Virus record (IMG/VR): IMGVR_UViG_3300021067_000002
Coordinates: 1 to 48,194 of that record
DNA: 48,194 nt
Direction: 5' to 3' (one strand)
From: a virus
The notes under the pieces are model-generated. The model was given only the letters and a program-made list of their open reading frames with translations, did not search any database and was not told the origin of the DNA. Shown here piece by piece: positions 1 through 9,922 of the stretch. Both the position numbers and the translations under genes were made by a program. The first letter of the stretch is position 1; each line of letters begins with the position of its first letter.

Positions 1-127
1 CTCCTCCAGGCGGCCCGCCAAAAACTCCACAATCTTCTTCATATGACGGCAATGTACCACAAGGGGGTAATGCTGTCCAAAAAGTTATCCAGGCGCTGAA
101 AGAAGCAAAGCCCTTAAACAAAGAGCA
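1..127. repeat. Terminal overlap, copy 1 (identical to 48068..48194)
   Basis: Read base by base: the first 127 nt equal the last 127 nt. The length matches a common maximum assembler k-mer, which indicates a circular or concatemeric template. Confidence 0.95.
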
Positions 128-2741
128 AGCGGCGATCTATCGAGCCGAACGATCACGCCGCACCGCCGCCGTTGCGAACATGCAGGCGAAGGGCGAGGCA
201 GGCTTCCACAAACAACTTGGCGCATTGAAAGGTGAAATGCCGAAGGTGCAGTTTGACGCACTCCGCAAATCACTGAAGCAAGAGGACATCGACGAACTGT
301 TTGACATGGTGGAGGCAAACCAGAAAATCCTCCCCCTCGAAAAGATTTCTGCCAAGGGTGCGCTGGCCAAGATCATGACCGGTGCGGTACCGACCCGCAG
401 CGAAGTTGAATTACTTGCCGAGATATTCCCCAAAGACTTTATCAAAGCGATCCTCGACAAGCGCCCACTGTGGGACAAGCTGCTTGAGGTTGTGGGTGAA
501 GTACTAAACGTCCCGCGATCCTTGATGGCAACGATGGACGTGTCAGCCCCGCTGCGCCAGGGCATCTTCTTTGTTGGTCGCATGAAGCAGTGGGCACCAG
601 CGTTTGGGCAGATGTTTAAGTACCTCGTCAGCGAAAAAGCGTATCGCGCCATGCTCGACGACATCGAAGCACGCCCCACCTACAAGGCGATGCGGGAGAG
701 CAAGCTGGCCCTGATGGACACGGCCAACGAAACCCTCACCAAGCGTGAGGAGGCGTTTATGTCCAACCTAGCCGAACGCATCCCAATCTTAGGCCGACCG
801 ATTAAAGCATCCGGCCGGGCCTATACCGGCTTCCTCACCAAACTCCGCGCCGATGTGTTTGACGACCTCGTACGACAGTCGAAGGAACTGAATATCGACG
901 ACAAGGATTTGAACGTAGCCATTGCTCGCTACGTGAACTCCGCTACCGGCCGTGGCGACCTGGGCCGCTTTAACCGTGCCGCAGTAATTTTAAACGCCAC
1001 CTTCTTCTCCCCGCGCCTCATGGCATCCCGCCTTAACCTTTTGAACCCAATCTTTTACGCCAACTTGCCGCCCTTCGTCCGCAAGCAAGCGCTTAAAGAC
1101 CTCTTGGTGTTTGCTGGCTTGGCAGGAAGTGTCTTAAGTGTATCGAAACTTGCAGGAGCCGAAGTAGAGACCGACCCCACCAGTGCAGACTTTGCCAAGG
1201 CGAAGTTTGGCAACACCCGCTACGACGTGTTGGGCGGCTTCCAGCAGTACATCCGTTTAGCGAACCAGCTCATCCAAGGCCGCATTAAATCATCGACCAC
1301 AGGACGCGAAATAACGCTGGGCGAAGGCTACAAACCCCTCACCCGCAAAGACATCCTCATCCGCTTCTTTGAGAGTAAAGAGAGCCCGGTACTATCTTTT
1401 GCCACAGCGCTCATGACTGGCGTAGACACCCAAGGCCGCGAGATAAACGTGCCGAATGAAGTTGTCTCCCGCGCCATTCCCCTTGTGGTGCAGGACATCT
1501 ACGACATCTATCAAGACAAAGGACTTGAGGGACTGGTGTGGTGGCTCCCCGCACCGTTTGGCGTTGGGTCGCAGACCTACGGCAAGGTTGAACTAGCTGA
1601 AGGGCAGAACCCGATTGGCCAAGAGACCGCCCAGGTGCGCCCTGTGCCTGACTTGAGCAAAACGATTGTTGAGAAGTTGACGGGCAAGCAGGACCTAGGA
1701 TCGTCCCGCAACTTTGATGTGGAAGTGTACTACGACCAATTGGTTGCGATGGGACCTGACAAAGCCAAAGAAACCTTAAAGCACATTGCCGAGGTGAACC
1801 CCGAGCTTGCCAAGCAAATCATCCAAGTGAAAAAGGACCGGGATGCCGGAATTACGCCCCACGACCGAGACCTGAAAGATATGGGGGTGAAGTCTGGCGA
1901 TCGCGCGATGGCGATTATTGAAGACTTAAACAAACTAGAGAACGCCGAGGAGAAGAAAGCCCTGCTGAAAGAGATGCAGCGCAAAGGCATTTTGACTGAG
2001 GATGTGTGGGAACAGGTGAAACTGCTACTGGGTAAACAATCGAAGGGTCCCGGCCTTGGCACGCAAATCCTTGGTGCCTTGACCGGTGCCCAGGTTGCCC
2101 AAGCAGATACCGGCGAAGCGACAACCGACGAACCCAACATCTTTGAGAAAGCGATTGGGGGTATTGGCCACGTCATTAACCAGGCTGGACACGCCTTTAA
2201 CCAAACCGCCGCAGCCATTGACGCCTTTGAAGATCGGTTGATTGGCGACATAACCCCCACGACCCGAGCCGTTACCACCATGGACGACGTGCGTAAGGAA
2301 GCACTGGCGCGAGAGAACGCCGAAACCTTTGAGGTGCCCGACCGCAAAGTACGGGTGAACAAGGAGGACCTCGACGAACTCCGCAAAGTCCTCTTTGCCG
2401 AAGTGGGATCACGTGGCCCCGAGAAGACCGAACTCGAAGCCCGCACTGTTACCGACGTGGCCCTCAACCGCCTGGCCAATGGTTTTGGCAAGGCCAAGAC
2501 CCTCAAAGACGTACTGACCGCCCGTATGCAATTCCAGGGCTACAACAGCAAACTCTACAAAGACTTTGAGCGTGCGTCGAAGACCGAAGGTGGCAAGAAA
2601 CGCCTGGAAGCCATCGACAAGATCATTGCGGAGTTGAAAGCCGGAACCCTGACCGACAGTCTTGGCGGGTATCAATTCTACGTCCACCTCCCTGACGGTC
2701 GCATCCGCGCCACGAAGAATTACGACATCTCTGGCCTCTAA
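1..2741 (+). CDS. C-terminal ~913 codons of the junction-spanning giant virion (polyvalent/injection-type) protein. Has hydrophobic central segments and a C-terminal SleB/CwlJ-like cell-wall hydrolase domain.
   Basis: The frame (codons at positions divisible by 3) is open from base 3. It continues the ORF that leaves the window at 48194, because 48068 corresponds to base 1. The ORF-track entry 180..2741 starts at an internal Met. The motif LFAEVGSRG..EARTVTDVALNRLA..LTARMQFQGY..GGYQFYVH resembles the Hydrolase_2 (SleB) family. Confidence 0.8.
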   Translation, partial: PPGGPPKTPQSSSYDGNVPQGGNAVQKVIQALKEAKPLNKEQAAIYRAERSRRTAAVANMQAKGEAGFHKQLGALKGEMPKVQFDALRKSLKQEDIDELFDMVEANQKILPLEKISAKGALAKIMTGAVPTRSEVELLAEIFPKDFIKAILDKRPLWDKLLEVVGEVLNVPRSLMATMDVSAPLRQGIFFVGRMKQWAPAFGQMFKYLVSEKAYRAMLDDIEARPTYKAMRESKLALMDTANETLTKREEAFMSNLAERIPILGRPIKASGRAYTGFLTKLRADVFDDLVRQSKELNIDDKDLNVAIARYVNSATGRGDLGRFNRAAVILNATFFSPRLMASRLNLLNPIFYANLPPFVRKQALKDLLVFAGLAGSVLSVSKLAGAEVETDPTSADFAKAKFGNTRYDVLGGFQQYIRLANQLIQGRIKSSTTGREITLGEGYKPLTRKDILIRFFESKESPVLSFATALMTGVDTQGREINVPNEVVSRAIPLVVQDIYDIYQDKGLEGLVWWLPAPFGVGSQTYGKVELAEGQNPIGQETAQVRPVPDLSKTIVEKLTGKQDLGSSRNFDVEVYYDQLVAMGPDKAKETLKHIAEVNPELAKQIIQVKKDRDAGITPHDRDLKDMGVKSGDRAMAIIEDLNKLENAEEKKALLKEMQRKGILTEDVWEQVKLLLGKQSKGPGLGTQILGALTGAQVAQADTGEATTDEPNIFEKAIGGIGHVINQAGHAFNQTAAAIDAFEDRLIGDITPTTRAVTTMDDVRKEALARENAETFEVPDRKVRVNKEDLDELRKVLFAEVGSRGPEKTELEARTVTDVALNRLANGFGKAKTLKDVLTARMQFQGYNSKLYKDFERASKTEGGKKRLEAIDKIIAELKAGTLTDSLGGYQFYVHLPDGRIRATKNYDISGL

Positions 2742-2769
2742 TCCCCAAGCCTTATTTACTCACTTTACA

Positions 2770-2778
2770 TGTTAAAAT
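2770..2778 (+). promoter_or_regulatory. Extended -10 (TGtTAAAAT) 9 nt upstream of the portal ATG; leaderless-type promoter candidate
   Basis: Sequence is catgttaaaattataagcacATG. There is no SD between the box and the ATG. Confidence 0.4.
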
Positions 2779-2787
2779 TATAAGCAC

Positions 2788-4728
2788 ATGCCAACGGAGA
2801 TTACGCGCAAAGCATATAACCCGACGCCCGAAGAGCAGAAAGCACGCCACAAGGTGTACGAGCGCATTGAGCGTATGCGTGAGCTGAAGAATAAAAAGCT
2901 CCCACACTTTGCGAACCAGTACGGCCAGCGATCGTTTAACGAATACATCGACGACAGTGAGCGTATCTTGAACGGCTATGTCTTTAGCCGCGAGAGCCAG
3001 GGCAAAGAAGATTGGCAATCGAACCTCATGGACAACATGACCCGCGCCAAAATGCGCGGCATTGCGTCCGGTGTGGGACTAAAGGTCCCTGAAATTAAGT
3101 GCCAGTCAACAAACCAAGACGCCTACATGGACCCGGTACGCAGTGAGCTGATTAAGTCTATCTCGAAGCAAACCTTCCACGACGGTAACCCGACCCTGCA
3201 CAACTTCCTCGAAGTCTGGCACCTCCTTTCGCACGGTGTGTTGTTTGAGTACGACGGCTATATGACCGGTGGCCACAAGATCAAGCGTGTCACCGAGTTT
3301 GACAGCGTGACGGGAGATGTGAAGACCGAGACCGTCTACGTCAAAGGCAAGGGCAAACCCTACAACGTGCTCATCAACCCCCAGGAGTTTTATTGGTGGG
3401 ACATGTACGTGCGCGACATCCAAGAACAGCCGCACATTGCTTGGATACAGCACTACACCTACACCGAGGTTGAACGCGAGTTTAGCAAGTACCCGAACTT
3501 TAAGTACGTCAAAGACCGCAAGCAGTGTGCTGACTTTACCAACCTCCAAGACAGCCTCTACTACCAGAAGTGGGCCGACCGCGTGGACAAGGACGGCAAC
3601 GACTACGAAGTCATCCGCTTTTATTCGCTCGAGGACGACAGCTACGAAGTCTGGATTAACGGCGTGGCGATCCTCCGCGCCCCGATGCTGTGGGGCCATG
3701 AGGAGAAGTACTACCCGTTTGCGAAAGCGATTGCCGAGCCCTTTGCCAACACCAACTTCTTTGTGGGCATGTCCTTCCCCGGCATTTTGGAGAGCTACCA
3801 GGACACCAAAAACACCGTCATCAACACGATGATCGATAAGCTGTATCGCTCGATGGACTTCCAAATGTTGATTGGCTTGCAGAACAAAGACCTCTTCGAT
3901 GTTGAAAGCAACTTTGAGGGTGGCGATGGTAAGTACTACGTGCCTGACGTGAACGCCGTGAAGCCCATGCCGGTCAATGGTATTAACGCAGGAGAACTCC
4001 AGTTTTTGCAGTTGATTGACCGGGGCATTGACGGCCTCTCGATCGACCGCTCGCAGCAGGGACTAGAAACCAATGGCGATCGCACCGCCCGCGAGGCCAT
4101 CATTGCCGACGAACGCGCCCGCGAGCTGAAGGGGATGTTCTACCTCTTCCTTGAAGACCTCTGGCTCCAGAAATACAAGCTCCGCACCCGCACCGTGTTG
4201 ACCCACTATCTCAAAGACAAAGCGGCCCGCGGCGATGTGCGCGACAACATCATCACCATCAACGACTACCTGTTTGACAGCGGGGAGAAGGGGGTGCTGG
4301 CGATCCACGTTGCCAAGACCAAAAACACCCTCATGGACATGCCCGAACTTGAGGCACGGGAGCAGGCCGCCGCCCAGGCAGGCCAGGTCTACAAGCTCAT
4401 CTCTATTCCGCAGAGCTGGATGGATGATTGGCACTTTGAGTACGAGATTATCCCTGGCTCATTCCATAATCAGGACCGTCTGCGCCAAGAGACCGAGTTT
4501 GATAGCGAGGTGCAGTGGATGGCCACTATTAACCCGAACTTCTTGGCCTCGAACATTGACCTTTATACCAAAGAGAAATTGAGTTTCCGCGGCAAGAACA
4601 TCGAAGAGTTTAACCCACCGGCCCCGCCCGCAATGCCGATGCCTGGCATGGAGGGCGCACCCCCGGCATCAGGCGCATCGGTATCCGCTGCCCCTGAAGT
4701 CGCTACACCAGTCCTAGGCTTGCAATAA
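2788..4728 (+). CDS. Portal (head-tail connector) protein candidate
   Basis: 646-aa ORF in the structural region. Size and an acidic/Pro-rich C-terminus fit podovirus-type portals. The call rests on recollection of family features only. Confidence 0.55.
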   Translation: MPTEITRKAYNPTPEEQKARHKVYERIERMRELKNKKLPHFANQYGQRSFNEYIDDSERILNGYVFSRESQGKEDWQSNLMDNMTRAKMRGIASGVGLKVPEIKCQSTNQDAYMDPVRSELIKSISKQTFHDGNPTLHNFLEVWHLLSHGVLFEYDGYMTGGHKIKRVTEFDSVTGDVKTETVYVKGKGKPYNVLINPQEFYWWDMYVRDIQEQPHIAWIQHYTYTEVEREFSKYPNFKYVKDRKQCADFTNLQDSLYYQKWADRVDKDGNDYEVIRFYSLEDDSYEVWINGVAILRAPMLWGHEEKYYPFAKAIAEPFANTNFFVGMSFPGILESYQDTKNTVINTMIDKLYRSMDFQMLIGLQNKDLFDVESNFEGGDGKYYVPDVNAVKPMPVNGINAGELQFLQLIDRGIDGLSIDRSQQGLETNGDRTAREAIIADERARELKGMFYLFLEDLWLQKYKLRTRTVLTHYLKDKAARGDVRDNIITINDYLFDSGEKGVLAIHVAKTKNTLMDMPELEAREQAAAQAGQVYKLISIPQSWMDDWHFEYEIIPGSFHNQDRLRQETEFDSEVQWMATINPNFLASNIDLYTKEKLSFRGKNIEEFNPPAPPAMPMPGMEGAPPASGASVSAAPEVATPVLGLQ

Positions 4729-4732
4729 CTGT

Positions 4733-5512
4733 ATGGTACCAAGCGTATTATTCTCAGCATTAAAGGAGGGCTTCCAGTTTTTGGGCAAGAAGCTCGACGG
4801 CATTGCGACTGCTGTCAAAGGCATTGACGTTGACATCTCCCCTGCCGTTAACAAACAGACCGTTGTTTTGGGTAAAGGGCTCGACGCGATCCTCAAAGCG
4901 GTCAATGTCCTGAAAGACCCGAAGATTACCGTAGACCTCGACACCGCCCAACTCTCGGCCGACCTCAAAACGTTTGCCAAGGGGATGAAAGACGTCTTCC
5001 CCAAGACGGACCTGTCGAACGTTGAAGCGTCACTTGCCATCATTGCGAGCTACATCCAAGACGGCAACAAGCAGAAATCCCAACTACTCACTGCGTTGAA
5101 AACTGCAACCGAAGCCATTGAGAACATCAAGGTCAATGTCCCTGCCGCACTGAAGCTCGACGAGATGCAGATGCGAGCACTCACCGCGTCACGGAGTGGT
5201 GGCGGTGGTGTGATGCCTGCCCGCAAGGTCACCGTCGCAAACACCAGCATGGCGTTGGCTAACACTGAATACTCGTACACCTTCCCCGCAAATACCGTGT
5301 CGTGGTCAGTCAAACTCCGCTCGCAAAACACGCTCCTGTTGTACAGTTTTACGACTGGCAAGCTCCCCACCTCGGGTGATGGCTCGGCCTACATGACTGC
5401 GCCGCAGAACTTTGTCCAATCCCAAGATGGTGTCGATTGGTCCGGTAAAACGATCTACGTGCAAACCGGCTCGGCATCGCAAACCTTGGAAGTCACTAGC
5501 TACCAACTCTAA
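4733..5512 (+). CDS. Hypothetical virion-module protein (259 aa; coiled N-terminal half, beta-rich C-terminal half)
   Basis: Long ORF starting 5 nt after the portal stop. Its stop overlaps the next start (TAATG). Confidence 0.6.
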   Translation: MVPSVLFSALKEGFQFLGKKLDGIATAVKGIDVDISPAVNKQTVVLGKGLDAILKAVNVLKDPKITVDLDTAQLSADLKTFAKGMKDVFPKTDLSNVEASLAIIASYIQDGNKQKSQLLTALKTATEAIENIKVNVPAALKLDEMQMRALTASRSGGGGVMPARKVTVANTSMALANTEYSYTFPANTVSWSVKLRSQNTLLLYSFTTGKLPTSGDGSAYMTAPQNFVQSQDGVDWSGKTIYVQTGSASQTLEVTSYQL

Positions 5513-7590
5513 TGCAACGCCTTTTCTACCTACTAGTCCTGATAGCTACGATGTTTGTTACGGCGCTTGGCTTGAGCTACGCGCCGATGGTTTTTGGCCA
5601 AGGTGCGCCGGTATTCTTCCCTGACACTGACGGACCACATTACGTCATTGACATTGACGACGGCTGCGCGGAGTGGGCGAGCAACGTCCTTACCTCGACG
5701 GGAAGCGGCTGTGGTTCTGGCGGTGGTGGGAGTGGTGCAGACCCGTTCCCATCGGGTGCAACATCAACACAACTAACATTCACCGGGGGCATCATCGTCA
5801 ACTCGGCATCATCGACCATCACCAACCTTACTCTCAAAACGTCAACGACTACGCACGCCACAACCACGAGCCTTGCCATTACCGGACGCACCTCGACCGT
5901 CCTCACGACTGACGCCTCTGGTATTGTTGTCGCCTCCTCGACTCTCAATGATAGTTACATTACGGACGCTCTCACAATCAGCTCATCAGGGTCAGTAGCC
6001 GATGGTGCCCTTTCCGCAAATGTCTCACTCCTCGGGCAGACTATTGCTGTTGGAGAGCTTGCATCTGCTGACTTTGGCGACTTTACCTGTAACGGCTCCG
6101 CGTGCACCGTCGATGCTAATTCGGTTGCCCTCACTACAGACACAACCGGCAATTATATCGAGAGCATCACGGGCACTGCAAAGCAGATCACTGTCACCAA
6201 CGGCTCGGGTGCAGAGGACCTAGATGCCACGCTCTCCCTGCCCACGTACGTACTCTTCCCTGGCGACATAGCGGCCACCAACGCCTCAACCACCAACGCC
6301 ACCACGACCGGCGTGTTAGCGGTCACCGGCAGCTACGCCACCACCACCAACTTTTTCGCAAACGGTCTCCGTAGTTGCCACACAGGCAACATGCTCACGT
6401 GGACTAATGGCGCATTTGGTTGCGAGGATGACAGCACAGGTGCAGGAGGAGGAGGCCAGAACTCGAAGTTTGCCACCTCATCAACTGACACAAACGCAAT
6501 TTATCCAAACGCGATCACTAACTCGGTTATTATCGGCAGCAGCCACCTCTTTGGCGAAAATGCTCTCCTGGCACTCTTTGCAACCTCCACCAGCAACAAC
6601 TCTTCTCTTTTGTACGCTTCAACCACCTCTTCCTTTACAGGGAACTACCTCACCTTTGAGGATCACCAAGGTCTGCAACAATTCTCCATCTCAAGTGAAG
6701 GCGAGATATATGCCAAGGGAGAACTCTACTCCGAAACAGGTCTCTCCACTGACGGTGACGTATACAGCGCTTTGGGCCTCGACACTGATGGCCCCCTCGA
6801 CGTAAACGGCATTACATCGGCGCTTACTCTCACTGACGCCGATGGTACCTTTGGCGAATATACAGGTACGTCTTGCACCAACCAGTTTGTCCGCTCGCTC
6901 TCTGTGCTCGGTGTAGCAACCTGCGCCTCGATCAATAATGGGGACTGGTCGGGTACTGACCTCTCCGTAGCGAACGGCGGCACCGGCCTCTCGACCTTTG
7001 GCGGGTCTAACACCATTCTTTACACCACAACTGCCGACACATTAGCGAGCGAGGCAGCGTTTACCTACACAGCATCGAGCGACCGCCTTACCGTCGTGAA
7101 CGCCTCCACGACTGCGCTCAATGCTTCTACATTTTTTGCTGTACCCTCTAGCTCAGGCCAAACAAACTTTGCGGCAGGCTCACTTCATTACGACACCACG
7201 AGCGGCACTTTGGTTATGGGCACCTCGACGACCCAAGGTGTGGTGATTGCCTCCGCCACCTCGACGCTTTGGGCGTTTGGCGTCAGCTCCTCGACGAACT
7301 TTTACTTTGCCAGCGGCCAGTACAAAGAAATATTCCCGAAAACATACCCGACCGTCGTAACGGGCATACTTTGCAAAGTCGTCGGCGGCACCTCAAAGGT
7401 CATAACCTTGAGCGATGACGGCACCAACGACGCCAACAGCGTCACCTGCACATCGTCGTGGACATATTTCCCCCTCACCTCTAACAACACCTTTAACGCC
7501 TACGAGGGTATGCGGATCGAAATGGGTGCCACCACAGGCACCGTCGATGAAGTCTTGATCGACCTCAAGGGCTACCGCACCACTGACTAG
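5512..7590 (+). CDS. Thr/Ser/Gly-rich fibre-like protein with an N-terminal hydrophobic (signal/anchor-like) segment
   Basis: 692-aa ORF. N-terminus is MQRLFYLLVLIATMFVTALGLSYAPMVFGQG. Composition is a low-complexity T/S-rich beta-type pattern typical of fibres. Confidence 0.6.
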   Translation: MQRLFYLLVLIATMFVTALGLSYAPMVFGQGAPVFFPDTDGPHYVIDIDDGCAEWASNVLTSTGSGCGSGGGGSGADPFPSGATSTQLTFTGGIIVNSASSTITNLTLKTSTTTHATTTSLAITGRTSTVLTTDASGIVVASSTLNDSYITDALTISSSGSVADGALSANVSLLGQTIAVGELASADFGDFTCNGSACTVDANSVALTTDTTGNYIESITGTAKQITVTNGSGAEDLDATLSLPTYVLFPGDIAATNASTTNATTTGVLAVTGSYATTTNFFANGLRSCHTGNMLTWTNGAFGCEDDSTGAGGGGQNSKFATSSTDTNAIYPNAITNSVIIGSSHLFGENALLALFATSTSNNSSLLYASTTSSFTGNYLTFEDHQGLQQFSISSEGEIYAKGELYSETGLSTDGDVYSALGLDTDGPLDVNGITSALTLTDADGTFGEYTGTSCTNQFVRSLSVLGVATCASINNGDWSGTDLSVANGGTGLSTFGGSNTILYTTTADTLASEAAFTYTASSDRLTVVNASTTALNASTFFAVPSSSGQTNFAAGSLHYDTTSGTLVMGTSTTQGVVIASATSTLWAFGVSSSTNFYFASGQYKEIFPKTYPTVVTGILCKVVGGTSKVITLSDDGTNDANSVTCTSSWTYFPLTSNNTFNAYEGMRIEMGATTGTVDEVLIDLKGYRTTD

Positions 7591-7592
7591 TT

Positions 7593-9467
7593 ATGAAATG
7601 GGCCTGGCTCCTAGCACCGGTAGTTATCCTCGGCTCCATATTCGTGTTCTTTCAACGTGAGCCTGCACGAGAGCCTGTCTTTGGCTCGCACTCGATCGCG
7701 CTCGACTTTCACAAAACCCAGCCAAACGGCACCTGCAACACCACAGCGACTGGCAACACCATGTCGTTTACTTCTACATCGACAAATGTGCTGCTCCTTG
7801 TTGGAATTGGTGTTGATGCGTCGCGCTCCGTTACTGGAGTGACGTGGGGCGGGCAGTCCCTTACCCAAATTGCCTCAGTCGGCAGCTTTGGTAAAAACGG
7901 TTATCTCTACTACCTCTCGACGACCACGGGCACGACCAACACCATTGCGGTTGATGTAGACCTCAGTACCCCGAACTGCGCTTTTTGGGCGATTGCGCTT
8001 ACAGGCGCAGATGCGGCCGACCCCATCTCTGACTTTGGTGAAGCGGCTGCATTTAGTGCCACGCCCTCGGTCACAGTTACTGTCGATGACGCTAACTCTT
8101 GGATCATCGACTACGTTCAGTCAGACGATAAAACCCTCACCCCAACGTCGGGGCAGACCAAGTTTTCCTCTACGACGGTCACCGATGTGGACGGCGATCC
8201 GAACCTCGGGGTTGCGGGCGGCTACGAAGGCCCTCTTGCGGTAGGCAACCACTCGGCCACCTACTCGATGACCTCTGACAACTGGGACATGATAGCCGCT
8301 GTGGTGCGCCCCGTGCGCCATCTCACCGTCTCATCCGTGGCGGCAAGCAGTGTTAACGCGGACAGTGGGCAACTGAATGGCACAATTGACATCAACCTCG
8401 ATGACGATGTGGTGCAGCATGGCTTTGCCTTTGGCACCGACAGTGCCATGCGCGGGGACAGCGCGACCTCATCGCTTGGTGCCTACTCGGGCACGGGATC
8501 GTTTAACGAAACCGAAAGCGGTTTAACCGAAGAGACCACCTACTTCTTCCGCGCCTACGCCAGTTCAACGTCCAACGGCGTCAAGTACGGCTCGATCTTG
8601 TCCTTTACAACTGACTGTGACGCCTACGATGTTGATGGCTGTCTTGAAACCTACGCGGCGGGGTTTAGCACCTTTACCGTCCCTGCCGATGTTACCTCAC
8701 TCGATATCGCGTGCTGGGGTGCAGGCGGTGGTGGCGGTATTTTAGCGGGCGGCGGTGGTGGGGGAGCTGGAGGCGGAGCCTTTGCGTCATCCACCCACTC
8801 CGTTTCTGCCAGTGATGTAATCCGCATCTTTGTTGGCTCGGGTGGTGCAACCGAAACCGCAGGCGCAACCTCGACCGCCTCGACGACTGCCCCGGCTGCG
8901 ATTGTCGTAGCTGATGGCGGTCAACGAGCCCTTGACCTCGCCGCAGGACGCGGCGGCCTTGCATCCCTCTCCACCGGCACCGTCAAAGCTGACGGTGGCG
9001 ATGGCGGCGCAGGTAACACCACGAACGATGTATCGGGTGGCGGGGGTGGCGCTGGAGGCCCCCATGGTGCGGGGAATGATGGCACTGCCCGTGTAGGAGC
9101 AGACACCACAGGAGGTGCAGGAGGTTCTGGTGACGCAGGATCAGGCGGGAGTGCTGGTACCGCAGACACGAACAACGCAACCACCCCAGGCGGCGGACCA
9201 GGCGGTACATCAACAAACGGTGGCGGAGGCGGTGGTGGTGGCGACGATGGCGACCCAGGTGGTGATGGCGGTAGTCGCGGTGGTGGCGGGGGTGGTGGTG
9301 AAGTCACCGGTTCTGGTACTGAAGGCGGGCAAGGTGCTGATGGCGCGTGTACGATCCAGTACTTTGCAAGCGCCGCTGCGCCTGGCGGAGCTGCACCAAA
9401 AGACCCTGGCATCATCTTTTTCTATACCGACGAAGCCGCGTTCCTCCGCCGAGAAGACCTTGCATAA
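7593..9467 (+). CDS. Fibre/receptor-binding-like protein with an N-terminal TM segment and a C-terminal glycine-rich domain
   Basis: 624-aa ORF. N-terminus is MKWAWLLAPVVILGSIFVFF. The C-terminus FTVPADVTSLDIACWGAGGGGG...ACTIQYF is paralogous to the C-terminus of 41385..43271. Confidence 0.65.
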   Translation: MKWAWLLAPVVILGSIFVFFQREPAREPVFGSHSIALDFHKTQPNGTCNTTATGNTMSFTSTSTNVLLLVGIGVDASRSVTGVTWGGQSLTQIASVGSFGKNGYLYYLSTTTGTTNTIAVDVDLSTPNCAFWAIALTGADAADPISDFGEAAAFSATPSVTVTVDDANSWIIDYVQSDDKTLTPTSGQTKFSSTTVTDVDGDPNLGVAGGYEGPLAVGNHSATYSMTSDNWDMIAAVVRPVRHLTVSSVAASSVNADSGQLNGTIDINLDDDVVQHGFAFGTDSAMRGDSATSSLGAYSGTGSFNETESGLTEETTYFFRAYASSTSNGVKYGSILSFTTDCDAYDVDGCLETYAAGFSTFTVPADVTSLDIACWGAGGGGGILAGGGGGGAGGGAFASSTHSVSASDVIRIFVGSGGATETAGATSTASTTAPAAIVVADGGQRALDLAAGRGGLASLSTGTVKADGGDGGAGNTTNDVSGGGGGAGGPHGAGNDGTARVGADTTGGAGGSGDAGSGGSAGTADTNNATTPGGGPGGTSTNGGGGGGGGDDGDPGGDGGSRGGGGGGGEVTGSGTEGGQGADGACTIQYFASAAAPGGAAPKDPGIIFFYTDEAAFLRREDLA

Positions 9468-9471
9468 CAAA

Positions 9472-9496
9472 AAACCCCCGAAGGGGTTTCTTGTTT
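9472..9496. terminator. Bidirectional intrinsic terminator between convergent genes
   Basis: Sequence aaacccc-cgaa-ggggttt gives a 7-bp stem. It is flanked by an A-run upstream and cttgttt downstream. Confidence 0.7.
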
Positions 9497-9812
9497 AGAA
9501 CGGTCCTTGGTTGACTTTGACCAGCACCGAGCACTGCGTAAACACGGTCCAGGGGTTTTTGCCCCATACATTGAGGTGAAACCAGTTGTCCCCTTTTGGC
9601 TTGACCACGGCCGAGCCGCTCGACGTAGCCACCTTACCCCGTACTCCGGTGAACTCCACCTTTGTTGCATTGGTGGTGGTCCACGTGATCGTAGACGTTT
9701 GTCCCCGATTGATGACTGACGGGGTAGCAGTCAGCGTACAGGTGGGCATCGCTGCGAACGCTACTGCCGGAACAAACAACCCGATAATTGAACCCGCTAG
9801 TACCTTCTTCAT
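9495..9812 (-). CDS. Small secreted Ig-like/beta-sandwich protein (moron)
   Basis: 105 aa with signal peptide MKKVLAGSIIGLFVPAVAFA. It is oriented opposite to the flanking + strand late genes and bracketed by a terminator. Confidence 0.65.
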   Translation of the reverse strand: MKKVLAGSIIGLFVPAVAFAAMPTCTLTATPSVINRGQTSTITWTTTNATKVEFTGVRGKVATSSGSAVVKPKGDNWFHLNVWGKNPWTVFTQCSVLVKVNQGPF

Positions 9813-9922
9813 AAGTAATGAAGTTAGCTATTAAAACAGCTTCCCACTGGTATCCCTGCCGTAAGGGTACCACGCCCCCGGACAGGGACACTGAGTTACC
9901 CACACCTTGGCTTGACACCAAA

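Noticed and set aside
1-127. The 127-bp terminal repeat as a genuine phage direct terminal repeat (T7-like DTR)
   Set aside because: The repeat lies inside a continuous ORF of 1,683 codons. Its length equals a typical maximum assembler k-mer. Physical genome ends in the middle of a virion gene are unlikely. Only read-terminus analysis can exclude this fully.
137-4434. Long antisense or off-frame ORFs inside large genes, for example 137..679 (-), 1730..2506 (-), 3106..3864 (-) and 4063..4434 (-). Similar cases elsewhere are 39999..40595 (-), 43517..44209 (-), 43993..44553 (-), 46299..46832 (-) and 47718..48188 (-).
   Set aside because: Each is fully embedded in a longer, motif-supported ORF on the other strand. 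They have Arg/Ser/Pro-rich shadow composition and no start context.
8921-9415. 164-aa Pro-rich ORF on the minus strand, plus neighbours 8692..8964, 8787..9065, 8983..9216 and 9115..9498
   Set aside because: These are antisense or off-frame shadows of the GGN-rich glycine domain of 7593..9467. CCN codons arise automatically on the opposite strand.
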